DNA of 63,862 nt, filler included, from Lenisia limosa (Eukaryota; Protista; Breviatea), in NCBI GenBank assembly GCA_001655205.1. It is 15 parts of 15 records of this genome, joined end to end, with 100 filler letters (N's around TTAATTAATTAA, not from the genome) between each part and the next. Parts side by side here need not be neighbours in the genome. Positions count along the whole stretch, not along the records: positions 1 to 12,569 come from LPNZ01010746.1; 14 more parts are not named here. One strand, written 5' to 3'. A program made the translations under genes and the position numbers. The notes below the pieces were generated by a model. The model saw only the letters and a list, made by a program, of their open reading frames with translations. It did not search any database and was not told the origin of the DNA. Shown here piece after piece: positions 1-11,000 of this stretch (positions within the stretch are counted from its first letter, which is position 1; every line of letters starts with the position of its first letter).

Positions 1-1785
1 TGATCAAGAACATAAAAAGGACTGAAAATAATCGATTAGGGGGAGGGGGGTAAAGTTGAAGATTTATGAAACCAAAAAAGCTCCAATCAACTCTGTTGGC
101 TGACGAGACACACAAGGGTTGATAACAACCAAACAAACAAAGTATTTAGTTAAAGCATATAAATTAGCAGATTGTCATATAATTACATGGGGTTCCTGTG
201 TGAATGATGAGAATCCCAACTATTTGAAAAGAATCGCATGTCAATGTGCGGTGTTCATAAGAATACGGTGAAATCAGATCCAAAAATGAAGTAGCAGGAA
301 TACAACTTGACCTACCGCGGCTGTAGTGCGTCCGTTGGCGTCAACGCCAAGCCCAATGACTAGGTTGACCTGCGAGCATGATTAAGGACATGATTGCCTG
401 GTATAAAATAGAATTGATAATTGAAGTGATTGTCGAGTATGACATAGCATTGATGTCATTATCTCGTATGTATGATAGAGCATTGAAGTATGAAGAACAT
501 TTGTATGATTAAGGAAGGGATGATGATAAATCATATACTAGTACACAATAATAGGCCATTTTCTGATCCTGTATTATCTTCAGCTTACCGAAGTGGATGA
601 GATGTCGACGGATCCGGATCCTGCGGGGGGGGGGGGNNNNNNNNNNNNNNNNNNNNNNNNNNNNNNNNNNNNNNNNNNNNNNNNNNNNNNNNNNNNNNNN
701 NNNNNNNNNNNNNNNNNNNNNNNNNNNNNNNNNNNNNNNNNNNNNNNNNNNNNNNNNNNNNNNNNNNNNNNNNNAAAAAAACAATCAACTAAACCAATAC
801 CAGTCTCTGCCTCCCTCACCACTATCCGAAACATGGGGGATGGAGTGTTCCTTGTAGTGCCAATGGAGGCTGCAGTGAGCACTCAGACCAGAACTGAAAG
901 GTCAACAATCTAGGACTTGATTTGTTCGTTATCATGTTTATTTGAGGTTTCTTATTGAAGAAATAATGTTCAACAGTCAAAATCCTATTGCTATAATACA
1001 CACATTTCATTCATTCGTGCCATCATATAGTGGCCGCGATAAGTCATGACACGTTTATCTTTTTAGTATGTTTGTAAACAAATAATGGTCAACACCATCA
1101 CGCTTTATCACAATGATTATAATGATGACACACCAGCACGATGATGAGATAAATAACAATGATTATATGACGTTCAAAAAAGGTGGTGGGAACCAAAAGA
1201 AAGTTCATTAAAAGAATTAGCCAATAGGTTCTAATGACTCCCACAACTTACATAGTGGCAGTGACTGTGTTGGGTGCACCGAATTGGATATGAGCTACAA
1301 GTGATTAACATCTTTTTTTTTTTAACTAGGATCATAAGGTCCTATTAAACTATACAAGAAAAACATGGTGTTGAATATAAGGTTTGTGTAATGGCCCGAC
1401 ATGGTGATCACATTCCTCCGACCATTGGGGATGTTAATGTTGCTGACACGGATACTAGTGACATCAAAACGGATTTTTCCGATCGGGGAGTGAATATCTT
1501 GGGACATGTCCGGCTAATGACGTTAGTAGAAGATTCAAAAAGATTGGTTGAGAAGAACAGATCCAAGTCAACCTACAATAACGAGAGTGGAAAGCTGCTT
1601 CCTCATTTCACCCATTGCAATATCGGTGACATAGTCAATCGCGCGCTGGTTAATGGTGACTCTGAATCCGCCTGGAGCATCCGCGGCAACCTGAAGAGAT
1701 GTTACTTCCGATAAGGGCCAATATTATCAATTACCAGTGCAAGCAGTGCTGCAGCGAGGCAAAGAAGCCTGAAAAGAGGCATCAT
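1..1785 (-). CDS. LBP/BPI (TULIP) family lipid-binding secreted protein, 5' part (3' end runs off window)
   Basis: Spliced exons (ATG at 1785) give MMPLFRLLCLAAALLAL|VAADAPGGFRVTINQRAIDYVTDIAMGEMRKQLSTLVI|PDMSQDIHSPIGKIRFDVTSIRVSNINIPN|AHIQFGAPNTVTAT|ISGLSAHCSLHWHYKEHSIPHVSDS|GSGSVDISSTS|VNLVIGLGVDANGRTTAA. This is a signal peptide plus the PG-x-R-I-x-Q-x-A/G-x-DY start and downstream pattern of the BPI N-terminal domain; exon phases are consistent. Confidence 0.85.
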
Positions 1786-2098
1786 TTCGGGCGATCGGAA
1801 GGCTATCGGTCACAAACAATTTACTTCCTTTGGCCTTATCAATTATAACTATATGCTAATTCGCCCGTAATTCAGCCATTGGCTTGTGTTCTTTTTATTT
1901 ACTTTTATAGTTAGTGTTTGGAAGAAGGAACTCCCAGGTTTTGTTTTATAAAACCAATTTGTTTTGATACACTTACACTCATGAACTTTCCTTCTGATGG
2001 TTAAAGCTTAATATACTCATAAAAGAATGTTAAATCACCCACCGTAAGGAGCGCTTCCATCTCGTAGTCGCTGGTCAAATCACCCGGCCACCTAGACA

Positions 2099-5000
2099 AT
2101 GAACGACGATCTCGCCGACTTTGGAGTCGTAGCCCGGACCACAGACGATGTGTCAACTTCGGTTCTTGAACAGGTTGGAATGGACAGGGTTTAATCCGTC
2201 AGAGCGTGATGTAATGGCGTTGAACATATTATGTTCTTCCATTTATATTTATGGAATACGGTATGATCCACGGCTTTTGTTTTTTGACTAAACGATCGTA
2301 GACCTGACATTTCTCATTTTATTGCAGTCTGAGAAGCAACTTGCCATTTCTGAAGCTAATGATGGGATCAAGAAGGCGCGGGACAGCCTTAAACTTGGCA
2401 TGTACGCTGGAGATGGGGATGGAATATTGTCGGCTGATCTAAAAATGGGCGGTGTTTTGTTTGAGTGTTTAATATAAATGGATAAAAATCAAATTTTTTG
2501 AGCAAAATTATAATAAAAGGTCAATTTTTGGAACTACTGATTTTGTTCAAAAATGACCTTTTAATATAATTATGCATTATTTTTACACTGCGGCGCATCG
2601 ACTTGGGACTCTTGTGAAAACGTTGGGATTCCCATATTTTACATGGGAATCCCATGTACTTTAATGGAAATTTGAAGAAATGTATGGGATTCCCAAATAA
2701 TACAGGGGAATCCCGAGTCCATGCGCCGTAGTGTAGAGAAGCCAGGTAATCTTACCTTTCAGTTGTTTTTATCAAGTTTAAAATAACATCTCATATAGAA
2801 ATACAGCAGCTCTAAGCATATTTTAATGGTATCCTAAGTATTGTTTAAACTTGATACAAACAAATGAAAGGTAAGATTCATGAAGAACTTTTCAACTCTT
2901 TGGCCGCTTTTGTCCAGACAACTTAAATCTGATACAAGCTATGCTTTATGACTAAGTAGCATATGTATCGTACAACAAATCGACTTGACCACCCAGGGCC
3001 CTTATGAAGACTCTTGACAGACGTGTTGCCGAAGAAAAAGACCGTTTCAGCAGACAGGGCAAACGTGCGCCTTCTCAAAGTGGGTACTGAGATAATAACA
3101 TTGACAATTTCCAAAGTACAAAGCGCCATGCTCTATTGCGTAAAGTAAAAGACAACAGATTAATTTTATCGACTGTTAGTATACAGTGAACATGATATTT
3201 TCCTTGGGAAATTTCATTGCAAATCGGTCAAGACGTATCCCGCACTGTGTTTCTTATGCGTAGAGCTTCCCTGCGGTCCCAAAAAGATCGTCAAAATATC
3301 GATATTTATCGAGGAATTTTCGACCGTAGTGATGGTGTTGACCAGATAACTACTTATTTTTTATTTGTCATTTCACTTTTTGGGTTATCACACGTGGGAA
3401 GTGTCATTTTCCACGCAGTGATATGATACCTCATATCCACTCCTCTAATTGATCAAAGCTACTCTGATACACTCGGGATGAACCTTCATACGAGTGTTTG
3501 TCAAGTCGTCCATATAATCATATCACATGTGAATAAAGGTCAACATTTCAACATATAGTCGTAACTAGTCTGTTCTAACCATTTGCGCAGGTAGCACACA
3601 GAAGCAGTATGACAAACAGGCAATCAAGCTTGCCAGGTTCAAAGCTGATGAGAGGAAGCATCTTAAAACTCTTGAGGTGGGAATGGATGTACATAGTTAG
3701 TAGAACTTTCTTTGATATTTTTAATTTAAGAAGTTTTTTTTATCCGCTATGTTGAGATCTTGTGATCTTTTTATCATATTTGTTTAACAGACCAGACGGA
3801 TGCAACTATTCGACATTCATATTTTTGAATTTAATGTTGTGTTATGCTTTAGAGTATCAAAAGCGGTACCTGGGTTGCGTCATTGACCAAAACTGACAAC
3901 TCTTCAGGTCAGTAGTATGGCATCAATATAATTGATTTTTTGTGCATTATTATGGGTTTATTACAGCTGACAACAGTTGTGTAGCATTATTATGGGTTTA
4001 TTAAGCTGTTAGTATCTTTATTGCAGTAAAATCTCAATAGAAACTAGGGACCGACCATCATTTGAATTTCTCTCTTTAAATAGAAGGTAATGATTCAAGA
4101 CGGACACAATATATAGATATCTATCGGGGATTGATCGAGGATTGATCGAGGATTTATCGATTTATTCTAGTTCTCTTCTGTTAACTTTTCAGCTCTTGAA
4201 GGAGCCCTGGGGGAAGGCGGTTCACTCTTCGATAGTAAACAAACGGAGTGGGATGGGGGGGGNNNNNNNNNNNNNNNNNNNNNNNNNNNNNNNNNNNNNN
4301 NNNNNNNNNNNNNNNNNNNNNNGACAGCTTCGGCCAGATGCAACCTTGTTTTATTCTTATCTCTAATAGTCTACACGATTGACCAAAGAAAATGCTAATA
4401 CCGTGTCAGGACTTATCACTGCCACTGTATATTACTCACCTTGCCTCAGGTTCACCCCTGGAGACTCCTTTGCAGCAGGCCCTACTGAGGTGAGCAGAGG
4501 GCGTCATCGATGAATGTATTATGGTTTAGGGCTTCCCTTACAGGTTTGGAGACACAATTTCGATAAATCGTCATTAAATATCGATATTTACCTCTATTTA
4601 CGATTCCAACAAATCACATCATTACAGGTTCGGAGTTTAGATGCTGATGGGGTCGAGGACCAAGAACAACGCAAAAGACAAAGGAAGGACACGCAGGAAA
4701 AGAAGAAGGTCGGCGTTGTGCGTCTTGACCGTCTCAGGTCAAAATCGAATGTGATTAATCTAGGATAGCTTGATATTTTTGCTTGTCTAAATGGGGTATT
4801 CTGTAGTTCAACAATAAAAAATGATAAAAGTGGTATTTTGTGAACAAAATTTAAAAGTCAGTTTTTGCACTAACGTCCTAATTTTAACGTCCAAGGATGA
4901 GGTTTTTGATGTAGAGTCGTACTACTGCAACGCAACGAGCGACGAAGATTCCTCCGAAATTGACCTGGGATTCTCGTCGGAAGAGGAGCGGGTAAGCTCA

Positions 5001-8000
5001 AGGATTTGCAGTAGGTATTCACTTTGGTCCGAGAGATCGGAAAACTGAAAGTTGAGAATTTGTCGTGAAATTCAGTTTCTGAAACTAGGTAAAGCCCCAG
5101 TCTACAGATCTGGGCAAAAGGTTCTTATGGGATATCTGGAAAATCTGAAATATCTTATATCTTGAGGTCACCTTTTCCCCAGATATGCAGCCAGGATTAT
5201 TACTGCTAATTGTGTGAAATCACTCCACTAGCCCAGCTTAGAGCTTCACTTTCGATTTCAAAATACTGAGGGTTGATCGAGAATTCAGTCTCTAAGATTT
5301 ATTGGTTTCCCAAGATTTTATTTCATGTGTAGTCTTATGATTCGTTTTTATACCTCTCAAGGCCCGTACGATTCCCTCCCGCCCACACTCCAATCCTAAA
5401 GCTGGAAAATATAGTGCTGTGCCACCCCCGCCGCCTCAGAGGTAACGGAGAACACATGATAAAAAAAAACAGTTGCGACACCTGATAATTTGTGTTAGCA
5501 ATTATCTTTTTTCTCAGGTTTTTTTGTCTCTATATTTTAATAGTAGCCTGAGAACTTTCTTATCTATTGATATTTTTTACTCTTTTTAGGGTTCATTCTA
5601 CACCCATTACAACAAATGAGGTGGGGGCGAGACATTATATCTAGGGCTTCCCTGAGGTTCCAAAAAAGACAGAATTTCTGGATAAATCCTTGAATAATAT
5701 CGATATTTAAACGTTTTAGGACCGTTGGGAAGCCCTAATAATGTCGATATTGTATGAACAGCAATTATTATTAACACAAGAGAGCACAATTTATGAAACT
5801 ATGGTATTTGTTAAACAAGCAAAAATGACATCACCTTTATCCATTCAATTGGGAAATATCAAGGTTATCCTTGCAATACGATTTGCTTCCTTTTTAAGGC
5901 AATAATGACGAGGGCCTCCCTGCGGTCTGAAAATATATGAATTTTTCGATAAAGCCTCGATAAATATTGATATTAACCATGGTAATGCTGAACCTACTCA
6001 TTTTGTGGTGTTTATATCGTGAATTATTCATGTTTACCCTGGTCTTTTTTTGGACCGTAGGGAAGCCGTTCTTACCAACCTTGAACTGGGACTACCCTTT
6101 TTTGTTATTTTTTCCCAACAGGACGAACTGCCACCCTTAGTTGGCTCGGAGTCGGATAGTGACGGGTCAGTGAGTGACGTGTCCTCGGCTGCGTCCAGTG
6201 ACGTCATCGGCATTGATGATGGTGGGGTGTATAGAGTGATGATGGTGGAGAATGGAGTAGTAATGGTAGCTGGGGATTAGGGGTATACAGACAGATGATG
6301 ATGGAGGGAGAATGGAGTAGTAATGGTAGCTGGGGATTAGGGGTATACAGACAGATGATGATGGTGGGAGCAGTTTATCGTCAATTTATTGTGTAGAAGA
6401 ACCCACCGAAAGCGCTCCCAAAACAAAGAAATACAAGAAACCAGGTATTGCTTTTTACTCGGATTATTTCGATATTTCTCGATATTTATCGAAAGTTTCG
6501 TGGAGGTTTATTTATCAAAGTGAAAACCCACTATTCTTTGATTTTGACACTCTAGTCGGTATATTTTATTTAGGATTGCAATTCTCTGTCAACCACAATG
6601 ATTTGATGAAACCCTCTCGTAAATATGCTTGACAGGGGGCTTCACTTCGGTTCGAAAAATCCGGTAACATATCGATAGTTTTCGATGATTTATCGGAAAA
6701 TTCAGTCTTTTTCGAACCGAAGTGAAGCCCTATTGTCAGACAAACTTTCCTAGCAATCATTATCATTTCCAATTGAACATGCAACGCGAGGAATGGCATC
6801 AAAATCAAAGGAATCTTCCTTCACCACCCCCAGCATCACGAAAGAACGCTTTGGGCTTAATGGGCGATCACGTGACATGTGTGGCGTGGCAGGACGACGG
6901 CAATGAAATCGGCTATCTTGATCGAATTCGCACCTGGAGGAGGGCGTCCGCAAAGAGGTTCGAAGGCGGTTTTTATAAGCAGGTTCTAGTTGGAGAAAAT
7001 TGTCATGGATATACGGTGACGTCATCTTTTTACTACTTTTTACTACAATTTAACTAAGATTTTAGTCATTACATATCATATATCTTAACTATTGTTTTCT
7101 ATATCAAGAATAATTCCCTTACACTAAATTTAAATAACCAAAGTTACCCTTGGTTACGGTTCTTTTTGTCCTTTAACCGTTCTTGGTTTTGGCTAATGCT
7201 CCAGGAACAACACCTACACGGAGGAGCTCAGCGAGGCTTGGAAGATCCCTGACAAACTGATGAGCGGATTGGACGATGTCGAAACTGAAGGTAATTTGTG
7301 GCTGGATTTTGGGCTTTTTATATTTTCCTGTTTTACTTTTTGCTATTGCTTGTTTTTTTTTTTGTTTGTTTCAGATTATTCGGTTCGTGAGTAGTACCTT
7401 TACGCCAATATTCTTCATCGAAATTTCGCTTTACTCCACCCCTTAGAATTGCCGCACAATTTCAAGATTCCCGCTTCCATTTGGAGCCATTTATTCGATT
7501 ACCAGCAAGTAGGAGTGGTTGTTAGTGGCCTTGGTGCCAGCAACTATGAGTGGTTGTTAGACTTGATATCTGTTTTTGGGAGCAAAACCTTTTTTTCAAA
7601 TAAATATATTATATACATTGGCCGGGATAAGTCTTGACCGAATTACTTGTGATTTCCCAAGGAAAATTGATCAAGGCTTATCCCGGTAGAAATATATCAA
7701 ATCATCTATGATTTGTTTCTTTTGCTGTTAGCAGTGAATTTGTAATTATGCATTACCGGTTTCTTGGTTTTGTGATATCTCTTTTCTACTTGATACTAAG
7801 GTTGTTCATATGGCAGGTATGTTGATCGTTTTTGTTGATTATTCCGTCTGACCCCCTCTTCTTGTTTACTTCCAACATTAATAACCGCAAACCTGTGTGA
7901 CGTGTCCTTTTAAACCCATTTTTCGAAATATACAATTTTTCTGGATTTTTATTTTCTCTTTTTAATAATCCCAGACCTGTGTGAAGTGGCTGTGTGAGCT

Positions 8001-11000
8001 TCATCGCCAAGGTGCCGGCGGGATCGTTGCTGATGAAATGGGTTTGAGGGGTGTGATTTGAAGTCGACGCATCGACTTGGGATTCTTGTGAAAACGTCGA
8101 AATTCCCATATTTAACAATGGTTATCCCATGGAATTGTATGGAAATTTGAAGAAATTTATGGGATTCCCAAATAATACAAGGGAATCCCGAGTCAATGCG
8201 CCGTAGTGTAGGGGTGTGATTTGAAGGAGGGTTTGCTTGATTAAATGGGTGCGTGTAGTGTTTCACTCACTTCACTTCGGTTCGAAAAAAGACTTAATTT
8301 TCCCAAAAATTATCGATACTCTACCGATCTTTTTCGAATCGAAGTGAAGCCCTAATCTTCTCCAAATGGTGTTTCATTCACTTGGGCTTCATTTCTGTTC
8401 ATGAAAACATCGATAGTTTTCGAGGATTTATCGAGAAATTCTGTCTCTTTTCTACCGAAATCTTAACCTTATCTATTCCCCCCTCTTTCATATCCCCCAC
8501 TCCCCAACGCTAAGTTTATCAGGCCTTGGCAAAACGGTTCAAATTGCGGCCTTCCTTGCGTCTTTGTCAGTTTCCGGTCAACTGAGGGGGGCGGTCCTCA
8601 TCGTTTGCCCTTCAACTGGTAAGTGAATAATGACTCGGATTTTGAGTGAATCATATTTTTTTGTTAATTAAATTATGATCGTTCTCATTGTGCATACGGC
8701 TTTGGTCAGATATAACCCCAGTTTACACTGATATTCGTAATGACAGTATAATATTCCAATATCACTGTTTAGTATACTGGGATTCTTAATTAGTAATTAG
8801 TAGTCTTAATTATGGTTTAGTATTGAGACAATGGCAAAGAGAACTTCACAAATGGTGGCCTCCTTTTAGGTAGTTTTGAGGGGGTTACGCTACCTTATTG
8901 AGAATTATTCCCGTCTATTTAGGGACCGTTAACCCCCCAGAGTGGCGATTCTGCATGATTGCGGAGCACATAGAACTGTGGGGCTACATCACGCCGACAT
9001 TATCAAACGCATCACTACTGCTGGTGACGTTCTTATAACTACTTACTCTGCGGTTCGAATTCATAAGGTGTGAAATGGAGTCAGGGCTTTGTCGAAAAGT
9101 ATCAGAGGGATTCCCTTTTGTCCAGTGCGATATTGGTGGAGGATTTATCGACAAATTCTGTCATTTGTGGGAACGAAGGGAATCACTAACCATATACTCT
9201 TCACTGACCATAAACGACAGACCGATTTTCTATTTGATTTTCATGTAATATGTCACACATTATAACTCTGGCTTCCCTACGTATCAAGCACACAATAGAT
9301 ATATATGATACTTCAGCCTCTTAATTGTCTTCATTTTAGCGGCTCTTAATTTTTTAAGCGTCTTTTAACGTCTACCAAACGACCTTGGTCCTACGTTATC
9401 CTTGACGAGGGGCACAAGATCAGAAACCCTGATGCCAAGATCACTCAGGCTGTGAAGGGTTTCAGAACTCCTCATAGGTAGGGGGACTGTTTTGTGTATA
9501 TTTGAATCTCATGTAATTTTTCATATTTATCGTGGTCTGGATAAGTCTTGATCGATTTTCCTTGAGGAATCAGATAGCAAATCGGTCAAGACTTATCCCG
9601 GTCAGTACATGACAATGTGAACCCCCTTTTTAGACTTTCCTTTCATATTTTGTTAATTCTTCAAAATTTTCTTAGTTTATTCTGTATCTGATATTATAAC
9701 ACATAATATGTTAGGTCTTTTTTGTTTAACCTGTGTTCAAAGTCGATGGTCGCATCAGTTGCGAAATGTGAGTCACATCTTTCATCCTAAATTCGTCTTT
9801 CACAATTGAATGGCTATTGGCTGCGATGGCCATCTTATTGGGACTTATCCAAGCATCAAAAGAAATGCTCATATCAGTAGTTCGGTGCGAATTTGGAGCA
9901 GGCTTTGGGGCAATATCATGATAAAAAAAACATGACCAGTACTTACCGCATGCTTGGCCTCCTTAACAGTAGCCTGCATGAAGGTCGTCAGAGACTGCTC
10001 ATTCAGCACATTACCCATATACACATATACTGTATGTATGTAACCAGTGTCACCTTCATCCAAATCTGAGAAGACAAACTCCCCAGATTCGAGCCAAATA
10101 ATTTCATCATGAGCATTGATGATTTGCGAACACATGCATTATTTTTTCGTCGCTATTTTAAATATAAAACCGGTGATATCTCTCTCCTCACTTGTCCAAT
10201 TTTTTTCAAAGTGTTCAGTGTGTGTGGGGGGGGGGGGACNNNNNNNNNNNNNNNNNNNNNNNNNNNNNNNNNNNNNNNNNNNNNNNNNNNNNNNNNNNNN
10301 NNNNNNNNNNNNNNNNNNNNNNNNNNNNNNNCCATCTGACTTTGAAAATAGGTTCATTGCTCTAATCTCTTTTTAATCTTTTTTTAATCCCTGTTTTTCA
10401 GCTCCCCTCACCGCTTAGACTCATTCTCACGGGCTCGCCGATACAGAACAATCTGACTGAGCTTTGGTCCCTGTTTGACTTCACCTACCCTGGCAGACTT
10501 GGCACTCTCCCCATTTTCGAGGTGGNNNNNNNNNNATTTCCAAAGGAAAATCGGTCAAGACTTTCCCGGTCAGTGTACATATTTTATACTCTATCTGGCT
10601 TCGGCCAGATCCAATCTTGTTTTTATTTTTCATTGATATATATAAATATATAAATATCATATTCTATGATCTAATATCATGTGATATCATATAGTATGTA
10701 TTATGTGTATCGATATACTGATACAATATTATACTATTATTAGGGCTTCACTTAGGTCGAAAAACTCGGGGAAATATCGATAGTTTTCGAGGTTTTATCG
10801 AGACATTCAGGCTTTTTTTCGAACCGAAGTGAAGCAGTAACCTGGGCTTTGTTTGTTTCGTTCTTATTAACCCTTGTGTGTTGTTAGCCAACAGAGTTGA
10901 TTTGGGTTATTTTGTTTCATAAATTTTCCATTTTACTCCCCCCTGACCTTTTAGGCCCAATTTGCAATTCCGATCTCAAAAGGCGGCCTTTCCAAGTCGT

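Noticed and set aside
1391-1714. 107-aa plus-strand ORF
   Set aside because: Antisense shadow of the LBP/BPI exons.
6637-6730. Family A MITEs as introners or CRISPR-like repeats
   Set aside because: They lie inside introns, not at splice junctions, are dispersed rather than regularly spaced, and have TIR/TA-TSD structure; the sequence is eukaryotic.
10590-10625. UUCG hairpin plus T-run as an snRNA, tRNA or terminator
   Set aside because: No match to U1/U2/U4/U5/U6 or tRNA features that I can recognise; it is part of the dispersed family B repeat.
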